From an uncultured Gemmatimonadales bacterium (lineage in GTDB: Bacteria; Gemmatimonadota; Gemmatimonadetes; Gemmatimonadales; Gemmatimonadaceae), in the NCBI GenBank assembly GCA_963851265.1, contig CAWKNZ010000002.1, positions 1,024,001 to 1,088,000 on the forward strand: 64,000 bases of DNA. The letters are read 5' to 3'. The notes below the pieces were generated by a model. It ran no database searches, had not been told where the DNA came from, and was given only the letters and a program-made list of their open reading frames with translations. Below, one piece after another: positions 1-13,552 of the stretch. The position numbers and the translations under genes are program-made. The stretch's first letter is position 1, and every line of letters starts with the position of its first letter.

Positions 1-1
1 C

Positions 2-1294
2 GCGCGCGCCGGATTCCGCGTCGTGGGGTTCGACGTGAGTCCTCGAGTGGTCGACTTGCTCAACGCGGGCGAATCGCACATTCGAGACGTCGCGCGCGAG
101 ACCGTCGCCGAACAAATCGCCGCCGGACGCTTCGTCGCGACGACTGACGAGGCGCGCCTGAGCGAGTGCGACGCGATCTCGATCGCCGTGCCGACGCCGC
201 TGTCGAAGACGCGCGACCCCGATATGGCGTACGTGATCTCGGCGGCGGATACGATCCAGCGGCAGGTGCGGCCGGGCACCGTGGTGATCCTCGAGAGCAC
301 CACGTATCCCGGCACCACGCGCGAACTGCTACAGCCGCGGATGGAGGCGGCCGGGCTCACTGTGGGCGGCGATGTGTTCCTCGCGTTCAGCCCCGAGCGG
401 GTCGACCCGGGGAATTCGACGTGGCACACCAAGAACACGCCGAAGGTGCTAGGCGGCGTGACGCCGGCGTGCGTCGAGGTCGCGACGGCGCTCTACGAGT
501 CGTGCATCGACCGCGTCGTGCCCGTCACGTCGCCCGAGGCGGCGGAACTCGTCAAGTTGCTCGAGAACACGTTCCGCGCCGTGAACATCGGACTCGTGAA
601 CGAAATCGCGATCGTCTGCGACAAGCTCGGCGTTGACGTCTGGGAGGTCATCGAGGCCGCAGCGACGAAACCGTTCGGGTTCATGAAGTTCACGCCCGGA
701 CCCGGGATCGGTGGGCACTGCATTCCGCTCGACCCGCACTACCTCGCGTGGAAGATGCGCACGCTCAACTACAAGACTCGCTTCATCGACCTCGCGAGTG
801 ACATCAACTCCTCGATGCCCGACTACGTCGTCGAGAAGGTCGCGCGCGCGCTGAACGACGACCGCAAGGCCGTCAACGGCAGCCGCGTGCTCGTCATCGG
901 CGTCGCCTACAAGAAGGACATCGACGACATGCGTGAGAGCCCGGCGCTCGACGTAATCCGACTTCTCGAGCAGCGTGGCGCGTCCGTCGTGTACCACGAC
1001 CCCTACGTGCCGCACTACCGTGAGGACGGCGAAGTGCGGGACGGTGTCGCGCTCACGCCCGACGAACTCCGCTCGGCGGACGCCGTGGTGATCGTGACCG
1101 ACCACACGTCCGTCGACTGGTCACTGGTCATGGACCACGCCGGGCTCGTCGTCGACACCCGCAACGCGATCGCGCGGTGGCGTGGCGCGACGCCACGCGA
1201 GGGTGGACGAGCGCGCGTCGTGCCGCTGGCCGCGACCGACGGGAGAGGGCTTCGCTCGAATCCGCGGGATGCCCACAGCCACCAGCCGGCGTGA
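2..1294 (+). CDS. Nucleotide sugar dehydrogenase (UDP-GlcNAc/ManNAc 6-dehydrogenase family), 5'-partial
   Basis: Motifs IAVPTP, LESTTYPGTT, FSPERVDPG, KLLENTFR, GPGIGGHC (catalytic Cys) and AYKKDIDDMRESP. The frame is open to the window edge and the Rossmann GxGxxG lies outside it. Confidence 0.93.
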   Translation, partial: ARAGFRVVGFDVSPRVVDLLNAGESHIRDVARETVAEQIAAGRFVATTDEARLSECDAISIAVPTPLSKTRDPDMAYVISAADTIQRQVRPGTVVILESTTYPGTTRELLQPRMEAAGLTVGGDVFLAFSPERVDPGNSTWHTKNTPKVLGGVTPACVEVATALYESCIDRVVPVTSPEAAELVKLLENTFRAVNIGLVNEIAIVCDKLGVDVWEVIEAAATKPFGFMKFTPGPGIGGHCIPLDPHYLAWKMRTLNYKTRFIDLASDINSSMPDYVVEKVARALNDDRKAVNGSRVLVIGVAYKKDIDDMRESPALDVIRLLEQRGASVVYHDPYVPHYREDGEVRDGVALTPDELRSADAVVIVTDHTSVDWSLVMDHAGLVVDTRNAIARWRGATPREGGRARVVPLAATDGRGLRSNPRDAHSHQPA

Positions 1295-1347
1295 CGCGTC
1301 CGACGAACGCGCGAACCCTGTTCGGGGCGGGCGGGTATAGCTCGGCC

Positions 1348-2430
1348 ATGACGTCGATCTTCGCTTCACACGTCGCCGCGTGTTCGTCCGGCGGCCAGGT
1401 CGCGCGGCCCGCACGGCGGCTTGCGCGTCTCGCGATCGCCGCCGTCGGGCTCGCCGCCGCTTGCGCACCGGGCTTCGAGGCGGCGAAGTACACGAATCCG
1501 GTCGACCTGTACCGCGCGGCCGGGAACCGGATGCAGCGCCACAAGTGGGGTGACGCGCTCGCCGGGTACGACCGGCTCGCTTCGCAGCTTCCGGCGCGCG
1601 ATACGCTGTTGCCGCGCGTCTACTTCGCGCAGGGGCAGGCGCACGCGAAGCAGGGCGAGCACCTGCTCGCCGCGCAGGCCTACGCTCGCATCCAGGACGC
1701 GTTCCCGGACGACTCCCTCGCGCCCGAGGCGCTGTTTCAGGAAGGGCGGGAGTATCAGCGGCTGTGGGACAAGCCGTCGCTCGATCCGCAGTACGGCCAG
1801 ACCGCGCTCGCCACGTTCCGCCAGTTGCTGCAGCTCTACCCCGACGCGCCGCGGGTTCCCGATGCGACGAAGGCCGTTGCCGACGTCAACCAGATGTTCG
1901 CGGCCAAGGACCTCGAAACCGGGATGCATTATCTGCGGCGGAAGGCGTACGACCCGGCACTGATCTACTTCAAGGATGTCGTGCGCCTCTACCCCGGCAC
2001 GCCCGCGGCCCGGACGGCGTATCTGCGAATGGTGCAGTCGTACAAGGCGATCAACTACAAGGAAGAAATCGCCGAGGCGTGCACCGACATGCGGCGGGCG
2101 TACCCGACAGATGTCGACATCACGACGACATGCGCGGGCGCGCCGACGACGACCGCAGCGACAACGGCCGCGACCACCGGCGCGGCCCCGAGCGGAGCTG
2201 CGGCACGCGGTGCGAGCACAGGTGCCGCGGCGGGCTCGGCCTCCGCTCCGTCCTCGCCGACGACCTCATCGCCGACCACGTCGGGTCCAGGCACCGCGGC
2301 GCCGGGTACGGCGGCACCAGCCGCGCGTCCGAGTGCGGGAACTCCCGCATCAGCACCCGTGCCGACACGGCCGCCGGGTGCCCCGCACTCGGCGGAGTCG
2401 CCCACGAGCGCGGGTGCGAGCAGCCCGTGA
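1348..2430 (+). CDS. bamD: Outer membrane protein assembly factor BamD (lipoprotein) with Ala/Thr/Pro-rich C-terminal tail
   Basis: Lipobox LAAAC, TPR-like helices, ALATFRQLLQLYPD and GMHYLRRKAYDPA...VVRLYPGT typical of BamD; ATG at 1348. Confidence 0.85.
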   Translation: MTSIFASHVAACSSGGQVARPARRLARLAIAAVGLAAACAPGFEAAKYTNPVDLYRAAGNRMQRHKWGDALAGYDRLASQLPARDTLLPRVYFAQGQAHAKQGEHLLAAQAYARIQDAFPDDSLAPEALFQEGREYQRLWDKPSLDPQYGQTALATFRQLLQLYPDAPRVPDATKAVADVNQMFAAKDLETGMHYLRRKAYDPALIYFKDVVRLYPGTPAARTAYLRMVQSYKAINYKEEIAEACTDMRRAYPTDVDITTTCAGAPTTTAATTAATTGAAPSGAAARGASTGAAAGSASAPSSPTTSSPTTSGPGTAAPGTAAPAARPSAGTPASAPVPTRPPGAPHSAESPTSAGASSP

Positions 2431-3043
2431 CACGGCGGGCCCGGCAGGGCCGGCACGCGTCGGGATCTTCGGCGGTAGTTTCGACCCTCCGCACGTTGGA
2501 CACCTGCTCGCGGCGTCGGACGCATCCGACGCTCTCGGGCTCGACCGCCTGCTCTTCGTTCCGGCCGCGGCTCAGCCGCTGAAGCACGGGACGCGGGGTG
2601 CCGCCCCTGCCGCCACCCGCGTGGCGATGGTCGAAGCGCTCGTCGGCGACGATCCGCGCTTCGCGGTCGACGCGCTCGAAATCGCCCGCGGCGGATTATC
2701 ATATACCGTCGATACGCTGGAAACCCTTGCCGCGCGCTGGCCCGGTGCGCAGCGGATGCTCCTCGTCGGCGCCGACGTGCTCGACACGTTCGTGCGGTGG
2801 CGCGATCCGCTGCGAATTCGTGCGCTTGCCACCCTCGTCGTGCTCGTGCGCGCCGTGGACGGGGCGGTTCCCGGCGCCGTGCCGTCGGATTTCCCCGGTG
2901 GGTTGCCTCAGCTGTTGCCCACGCGTCGCATCGATCTGTCGTCGACCGAGGTGCGGGAACGCGTAGCCGCCGGGCGACCGATCCGCGGATTCGTCCCCGA
3001 CGCGGTCGCGACGATCATTCGCGACGCCAGATTGTATCAGTAG
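2414..3043 (+). CDS. nadD: Nicotinate-nucleotide adenylyltransferase
   Basis: GIFGGSFDPPHVGH (HxGH), SYTVDTL, VGAD and LSSTEVR motifs. In-frame GTG at 2414; start uncertain. Confidence 0.93.
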   Translation: MRAARDTAGPAGPARVGIFGGSFDPPHVGHLLAASDASDALGLDRLLFVPAAAQPLKHGTRGAAPAATRVAMVEALVGDDPRFAVDALEIARGGLSYTVDTLETLAARWPGAQRMLLVGADVLDTFVRWRDPLRIRALATLVVLVRAVDGAVPGAVPSDFPGGLPQLLPTRRIDLSSTEVRERVAAGRPIRGFVPDAVATIIRDARLYQ

Positions 3044-3089
3044 GACCGTCCGCCCGCGCTGCGTCCGCAGCGTTCCGTCAGGAGACCCG

Positions 3090-6377
<3,288 letters not shown>

Positions 6378-6405
6378 CCCGCGCGGCGCGCAGCGCAAAT
6401 CGGCG

Positions 6406-6455
6406 ACGACGCGAACGGCCCGGCGCTCACGTGAGCGCCGGGCCGTTCGCGTCGT
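6406..6455. terminator. Perfect 50-bp palindrome (25-bp arms, no spacer) downstream of secA; probable terminator hairpin
   Basis: ACGACGCGAACGGCCCGGCGCTCAC|GTGAGCGCCGGGCCGTTCGCGTCGT, ending in a short T run. The palindrome is read directly; terminator function is inferred. Confidence 0.65.
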
Positions 6456-6614
6456 TTGCGGCCATGGTCGGTAGCGGCCCACGCCGGTGCGAGCCCCGCG
6501 GCATAATGGACCAGTTCGCACGATTCTGCGGCCGTGCGCGCCTCATTGCGCGAGTAACGTCGTGTGCCGGCGGAGCCCGTCCGTGCCGGCGCGTTCTCGC
6601 TTGAATGCCCGCTC

Positions 6615-7331
6615 ATGCCTTCGTTTCTCCCGACCGACCACGCGCCGACCGCCGCCCGGATCCGCGAGATGCCGCGCACCGAACGTCCTCGGGAGCGGTT
6701 GCGCGCGCATGGCCCGCACGCGCTCAGCGCCGCGGAGTTGCTGGCGGTCGTGGTCGGATCCGGCACCGGGACCGGGTCCGCGCTCGACGTGGCGCGGACG
6801 GTGCTGGGCCGATACGACGGGTCTCTCCGCCGCCTGGCCGGCCAGCCGATCGCCGCACTGACCGCGGTGCGTGGCGTCGGTCCGGCGCGGGCGGTCGCGA
6901 TACACGCGGCGCTCGAACTCGGGCGGCGACTCGCCGCGGAGAGTCGCGACGAGGGTGCGCCGATCCGAACGCCGCGTGACGTGTATGAGATGTACGCGCC
7001 GCGGCTGCAGGACTTGGCGGTGGAGGAGTTCCACGTCGCGGTGCTCGATGCGCAGCACCGGCTCGAGCGCGACGTGCTGGTCACGCGGGGGATCCTGAAC
7101 TCGTCACTCGTGCACCCGCGCGAGGTGTTCCGCGAAGCGATCGCCGAGCGTGCGGCGGCGCTGGTCCTGGTGCACAATCACCCGAGTGGCGACCCGACGC
7201 CGAGCGTCGAGGACCGGATGGTCACCGAACAACTCGTCGCGGCCGGGCGCTTGCTCGACATCCCGGTCCATGACCACGTCATCGTCGGCCGCGGACGGTA
7301 CGCGAGCTTCGCGGAAGCCGGCCTGTTGTAG
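6615..7331 (+). CDS. radC: RadC-family JAB domain protein
   Basis: ERPRERL, LSAAELLA, HhH GVGPARA, VHPREVF, HNHPSGDPTPSVED and HDHVIVG motifs. Confidence 0.95.
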   Translation: MPSFLPTDHAPTAARIREMPRTERPRERLRAHGPHALSAAELLAVVVGSGTGTGSALDVARTVLGRYDGSLRRLAGQPIAALTAVRGVGPARAVAIHAALELGRRLAAESRDEGAPIRTPRDVYEMYAPRLQDLAVEEFHVAVLDAQHRLERDVLVTRGILNSSLVHPREVFREAIAERAAALVLVHNHPSGDPTPSVEDRMVTEQLVAAGRLLDIPVHDHVIVGRGRYASFAEAGLL

Positions 7332-7493
7332 CGACGCGTCTCGCGGACCATCTCGCGCCGTCTCTAGCGAGTTTCGTGGCCGCACGTCGACCGATGCGCC
7401 GCCGCGCGCGCGCGGAGTTCGTATTTTCCAGAGGCGGCGGCCCGCGGCGGGCGCCCGAGCGGCGCGCCTACACAGGCGGCAGGAGGTTAGCGC

Positions 7494-9728
7494 GTGGGCA
7501 CGACGGCGGACCCGACGGTGAGCACGACCGTGAGCACGAGCGTGAGTACGAGCGCGCTGAGCGACGTCATCCCCGGGTGGGATGGCGTGCCCGAGTCCGC
7601 GCGCGAGCGCCTCGACCCGGCGCTCCTCACGCGCGCGTACCGCTTCAGTGAGCGGGCGCACGAGGGGCAGACACGGTCGTCGGGCGAACCGTACGTGACG
7701 CACTGCGTCGAGGTCGCGAAGATCCTCGCCGACCTGCAACTCGACACGGTGACCGTAGCCGCCGGGCTGATGCACGACGTGGTCGAGGACACGCCCACCA
7801 CGGTGGCCGACATCGAGCGTGAGTTCGGCGGCGAGATCGCGCAGATCGTCGACGGGCTGACCAAGATCGGCAACCTGCCGATGCACTCGAAGGAGGAGCG
7901 GCAGGTCGAGAACTACCGCAAGCTGCTGCTCTCGGTCGCGAAGGACGCGCGCGTGATCCTCATCAAGCTCGCGGACCGGCTGCACAACATGCGCACGCTG
8001 GACTATCTGCCTCCGGAGAAGCGCCGCCGCATCGCCCAGGAGACGCGCGACCTGTACGCGCCCCTCGCGCACCGCTTCGGGATGGCGCGCCTCCGGTGGG
8101 AGCTGGAGGACCTCGCGTTCAAGCACCTCGAGCCCGACGACTACAAGGCGCTCGCCCGCCTCGTCGCGACCAAGCGCGGCGAGCGCGAGTCGCTGATCTC
8201 GCAGCTCCGCGAGCCGCTCGAACGGCAGCTGCGTGCGGCGGGGATCGACGTCGTGGAGGTCTCGGGCCGGCCGAAGCACCTCTGGTCCATCCACAAGAAG
8301 ATGGCCAAGCGCGACAAGTCGTACGAAGACATCTACGACCTGCTGGCCATCCGCGTGCTCGTCACGTCGGTGCCCGAGTGCTACCACGCGTTAGGCGTCA
8401 TCCACGAGTGGTGGACGCCGCTGCAGGAGCGCATCAAGGACTACATCGCGCAACCCAAGTCGAACGGCTACCAGTCGCTGCACACGACCGTGTTCGGGCC
8501 GGGGCGGCAGCTCTTCGAGATCCAGATCCGCACGCGCGAAATGCACCGCACGGCCGACTACGGCATCGCGGCGCACTGGCTGTACAAGGAATCCGGCAAG
8601 GAGCAGGGCGCGCAGGACGAGCTGGACCGCCAGCTCGCGTGGTTCCGCCAGGTGCTGGAGCTGCAGCTCGACGCGGAGGACCCGAAGGAGTTCCTCGAGT
8701 TCCTGAAGCTCGACCTGTACCAGGACGAGATCTTCGTGTTCACCCCCACGGGCGACGTCATCCAGCTCCCGAAGGGCGCGACGCCGATCGACTTCGCGTT
8801 CGCGGTGCACACCGAGGTCGGCCTGCACTGCGCGGGCGCGAAGGTGAACGGGCGGATCACGCCGCTCGCGCGACATCTGAAAAACTCGGAGACGGTCGAG
8901 ATCCTCACGGCGCCCGTGGCCAAGCCGAGCCGCGACTGGCTGGCCCACGTGCGGACGAGTCGCGCGCGCCACAAGATTCGCGGGTGGCTCAAGCAGGAGG
9001 AGCAGAAGACGGCCGCGACGGTCGGCCGCGAGATTCTGGACCGGGAGCTGCGCAAGCGGAAGCTCCCGAAGCCGGACGACGCGCAGTTGGCGGCGGCGGC
9101 GAAACAGTTCAAGCTCACCGACCCGGCGCACCTGATCGCGTCGATCGGACAGGGTGACGTTCCGGTCCTGCAGGTGTTGCGCGCCCTGCATCCGAGTCTC
9201 GAGCAGGCGCCCGATCCGAAGCCGGCGGGCGCGCTGGACCGCCTCGTGGACCGCGTGCGCGGCACCGGCAAGGGCGTCCGCATCCACGGCGCCGACGGCT
9301 TGATGGTTCGGTACGCGCAGTGCTGCCAACCGGTGCCCGGCGACCCCGTCGTCGGCTACGTAACGAAAGGGCGCGGCGTCAGCATCCACCGCTCGGATTG
9401 CGCCAACCTGCTGACCCTCGTGCAGGACCCGGAGCGCCGCCTCGACATCGACTGGCAGCAGATGGCGGGGGAGCGCTTCACGGTGCGCCTGACGATGGAA
9501 GGCTTCGACCGTCGCGGCCTCTACGCCGACGTCGCGTCCGCGGTCACCGCGACGGGCACCGACATCCGGCACATGGAGTTACACACGACGGACGGACGCG
9601 CGACGGGCTCGGTCGTCGTCGAAGTCGAGAACCTGGACCATCTGCAGAAGATCATGCGTGCCGCGCGCCGAGTGAAAGGAATCAACGAGGTCTCGCGCCG
9701 CGAGCGCGTGGACGTGGTGGATGAATAG
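7494..9728 (+). CDS. rel: Bifunctional (p)ppGpp synthetase/hydrolase (long RSH, Rel)
   Basis: HEGQTRSSGEPY, HDVVED hydrolase motif, KLADRLHNMRTL, RIKDYI and NGYQSLHT; TGS, ZFD (CCQPVPGD...HRSDC) and ACT domains. SD GGAGG before GTG 7494. Confidence 0.97.
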   Translation: MGTTADPTVSTTVSTSVSTSALSDVIPGWDGVPESARERLDPALLTRAYRFSERAHEGQTRSSGEPYVTHCVEVAKILADLQLDTVTVAAGLMHDVVEDTPTTVADIEREFGGEIAQIVDGLTKIGNLPMHSKEERQVENYRKLLLSVAKDARVILIKLADRLHNMRTLDYLPPEKRRRIAQETRDLYAPLAHRFGMARLRWELEDLAFKHLEPDDYKALARLVATKRGERESLISQLREPLERQLRAAGIDVVEVSGRPKHLWSIHKKMAKRDKSYEDIYDLLAIRVLVTSVPECYHALGVIHEWWTPLQERIKDYIAQPKSNGYQSLHTTVFGPGRQLFEIQIRTREMHRTADYGIAAHWLYKESGKEQGAQDELDRQLAWFRQVLELQLDAEDPKEFLEFLKLDLYQDEIFVFTPTGDVIQLPKGATPIDFAFAVHTEVGLHCAGAKVNGRITPLARHLKNSETVEILTAPVAKPSRDWLAHVRTSRARHKIRGWLKQEEQKTAATVGREILDRELRKRKLPKPDDAQLAAAAKQFKLTDPAHLIASIGQGDVPVLQVLRALHPSLEQAPDPKPAGALDRLVDRVRGTGKGVRIHGADGLMVRYAQCCQPVPGDPVVGYVTKGRGVSIHRSDCANLLTLVQDPERRLDIDWQQMAGERFTVRLTMEGFDRRGLYADVASAVTATGTDIRHMELHTTDGRATGSVVVEVENLDHLQKIMRAARRVKGINEVSRRERVDVVDE
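7518..7553 (+). repeat. 3 x 12-bp imperfect tandem repeat at the rel 5' end (VSTT/VSTS/VSTS)
   Basis: GTGAGCACGACC GTGAGCACGAGC GTGAGTACGAGC read directly. Confidence 0.8.
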
Positions 9729-10023
9729 CGCCGGGCAGGTCGGCGGCGCGGATGGGGGCGCGTCCAACCGACATCGGCCCGTGGACGTCGCGGACGCGAG
9801 GCTCTCGAGCGCGAGCCGCTCCGACGTGCGCGCGCACGGGCGCGGGGCGCTGATCGCACTCGGCGTCGCCGCGGTCGGCACGGTCGCGTTCGTCGTCGGG
9901 CTGCGCGTCGCGCTGCAGCACCTGCCGCCGGAGCGGCGCGCGGCGGCCGTGGACACGGTCCGCCAGCGACGGTTCGCCCCGCCCGCGCCCAACCAGCCCG
10001 ACGAGTATCCTCGCCTCCGCTGA
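9721..10023 (+). CDS. Small hypothetical single-pass membrane protein
   Basis: ATG overlaps the rel stop region; one hydrophobic segment (ALIALGVAAVGTVAFVVGL); fills the rel-uvrB gap. Confidence 0.5.
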   Translation: MNSAGQVGGADGGASNRHRPVDVADARLSSASRSDVRAHGRGALIALGVAAVGTVAFVVGLRVALQHLPPERRAAAVDTVRQRRFAPPAPNQPDEYPRLR

Positions 10024-10093
10024 GACGCGGCGGAGGACGCAGCGGCGTGCCGGAGCGCCCGAATACAGACCGGCAAGGCGTTAGATTGTGAGC

Positions 10094-12322
10094 ATGACCG
10101 AGCGCGCCCATTTCGACCTGCAAGCCCCGTTCGCGCCGGCCGGCGACCAGCCGCGCGCCATCGAGGAACTCACCGCCGGCCTGCGCCGCGGCGATCGCTT
10201 CCAGACCCTCCTCGGCGTCACGGGCTCGGGCAAGACGATGACGGTCGCCAACGTCATCGCGCGGCACGGCAAGCCCGCCCTCGTGCTGTCGCACAACAAG
10301 ACGCTTGCGGCACAGCTGTACGGGGAGCTGAAGAGCTTCTTCCCGCACAACGCGGTCGAGTACTTCATCTCGTACTACGACTATTACCAGCCCGAGGCGT
10401 ACGTTCCGTCGAGCGACACCTACATCGAAAAGGACGCGTCGATCAACGAGGACATCGACCGGCTGCGGCTGCGCGCGACCTCGTCGCTCATGGAGCGCTC
10501 CGACGTGATCATCGTGTCGACGGTGAGCGCGATCTACGGCCTGGGCGATCCGGTCGAGTACCGCAAGCGGATGGTGCAGCTCGAGCGCGGGCAGCGGGTT
10601 TCGCGCGACGACGTGCTCCGGCAACTCGTCGGCATTCAGTACCAGCGCAACGACGTCGCGTTCGAGCGCGGCACGTTCCGGGTGCGCGGCGACACGGTCG
10701 AAATCCTCCCCGCGTACGAGGAGCAGGGCGTACGCGTCGAGCTGTGGGGCGACGAGGTCGAGCGCCTGTCGAAGATCAACCCGCTCACCGGCGAGACGAT
10801 CGCCACGCTCGAGCGCGCGGCGATCTACCCGGCCAAGCACTTCATCACGAGCCGTCCGTCGCTCGAACGCGCCGTGGGCGCCATCCGCGAGGAGCTCGCC
10901 GAGCGACTCGCGGTGTTGCGGTCGGAGCAGAAGCTGCTCGAAGCGCAGCGGCTCGAGAGCCGCACGAATTTCGACATCGAGATGATGCTCGAGATCGGGA
11001 CGTGCGCCGGCATCGAGAACTACTCGCGACAGCTGGCGGGACGCACCGTCGGCGAGCGCCCGGCCTGCCTGTTCGACTACTTTCCGGACGACTTCCTCGT
11101 CGTCGTCGACGAGAGCCACGTCACGCTGCCGCAGATCCGCGGCATGTACAACGGCGACCGCGCGCGGAAGCTCACGCTCGTCGATTACGGATTCCGGCTC
11201 CCGAGCGCGCTCGACAACCGCCCGCTCGTGTTCGACGAGTTCCTCGCGCTCACGCCGGAGATGATCGCGGTGAGCGCGACGCCGGGCGAGCTCGAGTTGC
11301 AGCTGTCGGAGGGGGCCGTCGTCGAGCAGGTGATCCGCCCGACGGGGCTCGTCGACCCGGAGATCGAAGTGCGGCCGGTCCGCGGGCAGGTGGACGATCT
11401 CCTGCAGGAAATCCGGATCCGCGAGCGGAAGGGGGAGCGCGTGCTCGTCACTACGCTCACCAAGCGCATGTCGGAGGACCTCACCGACTACCTGCAGCAG
11501 GTCGGCGTGCGCGTGAAGTACATGCACTCGGACATCGAGGCGATCGAGCGCGTCGAAATCGTGCGCGGGCTGCGCCTGGGCGAGTTCGACGTGCTCGTCG
11601 GGATCAACCTGCTCCGCGAAGGGCTCGACATGCCCGAGGTCTCGCTCGTCGCAATCCTCGATGCGGATCAGGAGGGGTTCCTGCGGTCGGACCGTTCGTT
11701 GATCCAGACCGTCGGACGCGCCGCCCGCAACGTGAACGGCCGCGCGATCTTCTACGCGGACCGCATCACCGGATCGATGCAGCGCTGCATGGAGGAGACC
11801 GCGCGGCGCCGCGAGATCCAAACGCAGCACAACCTCGACCATGGCGTCACTCCCCGCGGCGTCGAGAAGAGCGTCGAGCACGTACGGTTCGTCACGCGCG
11901 TGGCGGACGCGCGCGAGGAGCGGGACGAGGCGGCCGATTCGGGCAAGAAGGGGCGCGGAAGGGACCGCAAGCCGGCGAAGGTGTCCGAGGCGAACGCGCC
12001 GGCGTACGGCGTCGCGGCGCCGTACGACACGTCGGACCCGGTCGCGCTGGTCGCGCGGCTCGAGGGCGAGATGCGCGAGGCGGCGAAGGCGCTCGACTTC
12101 GAGCAGGCCGCCCGCGTGCGCGATCAGCTGTTCGAGGTGCGCACGCGTTTCGGCGCGCAGCTCGCCGCCCCGGGCAACGCGACCGCGCCGGGCGCGCCGA
12201 CCGGAGCTACGGGCGGCGCGTCCGGCGCCCCCGCCGGCGGCGACGCGGGGAAGGGCGCGGCGCGCCGAGGCGGCAAGAAGGCGGCCGCGAGCGGGCTCGC
12301 GCGGTTGCGCGCCGAGCGCTGA
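10094..12322 (+). CDS. uvrB: Excinuclease ABC subunit B
   Basis: [40 protein letters not shown] and [11 protein letters not shown]-terminal UVR domain ([11 protein letters not shown]). Confidence 0.98.
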   Translation: MTERAHFDLQAPFAPAGDQPRAIEELTAGLRRGDRFQTLLGVTGSGKTMTVANVIARHGKPALVLSHNKTLAAQLYGELKSFFPHNAVEYFISYYDYYQPEAYVPSSDTYIEKDASINEDIDRLRLRATSSLMERSDVIIVSTVSAIYGLGDPVEYRKRMVQLERGQRVSRDDVLRQLVGIQYQRNDVAFERGTFRVRGDTVEILPAYEEQGVRVELWGDEVERLSKINPLTGETIATLERAAIYPAKHFITSRPSLERAVGAIREELAERLAVLRSEQKLLEAQRLESRTNFDIEMMLEIGTCAGIENYSRQLAGRTVGERPACLFDYFPDDFLVVVDESHVTLPQIRGMYNGDRARKLTLVDYGFRLPSALDNRPLVFDEFLALTPEMIAVSATPGELELQLSEGAVVEQVIRPTGLVDPEIEVRPVRGQVDDLLQEIRIRERKGERVLVTTLTKRMSEDLTDYLQQVGVRVKYMHSDIEAIERVEIVRGLRLGEFDVLVGINLLREGLDMPEVSLVAILDADQEGFLRSDRSLIQTVGRAARNVNGRAIFYADRITGSMQRCMEETARRREIQTQHNLDHGVTPRGVEKSVEHVRFVTRVADAREERDEAADSGKKGRGRDRKPAKVSEANAPAYGVAAPYDTSDPVALVARLEGEMREAAKALDFEQAARVRDQLFEVRTRFGAQLAAPGNATAPGAPTGATGGASGAPAGGDAGKGAARRGGKKAAASGLARLRAER

Positions 12323-12335
12323 TCGAGCGCCCGCG

Positions 12336-12776
12336 GTGCGCGTCCCACCGGCCGCCGCGCGCTCGCGCATCGCGCTCACTCGCGACGAACTCGTCGCGTG
12401 GGGCGAGGCGTTCGGGCGGTCGGCGCAGGCCCCGCTCGTCGTCGCGTTAGGCGGCGACCTCGGCGCGGGGAAGACCACTCTCGTGCAGGCGATCTGCCGC
12501 GGGTACGGCGTCGCCCAGGCGGTGACGAGTCCGACGTACGCCCTCGTCCACGAGTACGACGCGCCGCGCGGTCGCGTGTGGCACGCGGACCTGTACCGTC
12601 TCCGCGGCCCCGAGGACCTCGACGCGTTGGGATGGGACGAACTCGTCGCCTCGGACAGGGTCGGGCTCGTGGAGTGGCCGGCGCGCGCGGGCGAGCGGCT
12701 TCCTTCGGGCACGGTGCCAATCGACCTGGAGCACATCCCGGGCGACCCGAGTCGACGCGTCCTCCTCGCGGGATGA
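12336..12776 (+). CDS. tsaE: t6A biosynthesis ATPase TsaE
   Basis: GDLGAGKTT, VTSPTY, HADLYRL and VEWP motifs; start approximate. Confidence 0.93.
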   Translation: MRVPPAAARSRIALTRDELVAWGEAFGRSAQAPLVVALGGDLGAGKTTLVQAICRGYGVAQAVTSPTYALVHEYDAPRGRVWHADLYRLRGPEDLDALGWDELVASDRVGLVEWPARAGERLPSGTVPIDLEHIPGDPSRRVLLAG

Positions 12777-13552
12777 TCGCGGTGCCGACGCGGGCCGGCC
12801 GACTCCTGCTCGCGCTCGACGCGGCGCCCGGGGTGGGGTCCGTCGCGCTCGTCACGATGCTCGACGGGGGCGAGCCGGCGACGGTCGTCAGCGCCCGCGC
12901 CGTCGCGATGCGAGCGCCGCCGAAGCACGCCGGGCACGCGGCCCCGCCACCCGACGACGATCCGCTCATGCTCGCGCTCGTCGCGCTGCTCGAGGAGGCG
13001 GGCGTAGCCGTTCGATCGCTCGCCGGCGTGGCGTGCGGCGCGGGCCCGGGCGGATTCACGAGCCTGCGCATCGCCGCGGCGCTCGCGAAAGGAATCGCGC
13101 ACGGTGCGGGTTGCCCGCTGCTCAGCGCACCGTCGCTCGCGTGGGCCGCCGCGGTGCGCGCGCCGGCGCCTGGCCGTTGGCTCGTGACGCTCGACGCACT
13201 CCGCGGTGAGCACTACGTCGCGGCCGTGACGCTCGTCGGTGCAGGCGAGCGCACACGCCGCGTGACGTCGTACGAGTACCTCGGCGTGCACACCGGCGAG
13301 GCGCTGAGAGCTGTAGGTTCGCTACACGGCGCCGCCGAGGTACTCGAAATCGGTCCGGGCTCGAGCGCAGCGCCGATCGCGGCGGGCGCGGTCGCGCTCG
13401 CGCCGACGCCGGTCGACCTCGCGCGCTGGGAGCCCGTGTACGGTCGACTCGCGGAGGCGCAGGTGCGTTGGGAGGAGACACACGGCCCGTTACCGGCCGA
13501 TCCGCCTCCCACGGACGCGTCCTCCGTGCGGCCCGTGGTCGAGTCGCGGTGA
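12773..13552 (+). CDS. tsaB: t6A biosynthesis protein TsaB
   Basis: LLALD, GAGPGGFTSLRI and LDALRGEHY; lies between tsaE and rimI with ATGA overlap. Confidence 0.88.
   Translation: MIAVPTRAGRLLLALDAAPGVGSVALVTMLDGGEPATVVSARAVAMRAPPKHAGHAAPPPDDDPLMLALVALLEEAGVAVRSLAGVACGAGPGGFTSLRIAAALAKGIAHGAGCPLLSAPSLAWAAAVRAPAPGRWLVTLDALRGEHYVAAVTLVGAGERTRRVTSYEYLGVHTGEALRAVGSLHGAAEVLEIGPGSSAAPIAAGAVALAPTPVDLARWEPVYGRLAEAQVRWEETHGPLPADPPPTDASSVRPVVESR

Noticed and set aside
6615..7331. radC as a marker of a mobile element or anti-defence island
   Set aside because: It is the full-length chromosomal type with an HhH region, sits among housekeeping genes, and has no mobility genes nearby.
9521..13291. 1256-aa minus-strand ORF and many other long antisense or alternative-frame ORFs
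   Set aside because: Shadow ORFs opposite well-supported genes, rich in Arg/Ala/Pro with no motifs; expected at this GC content.
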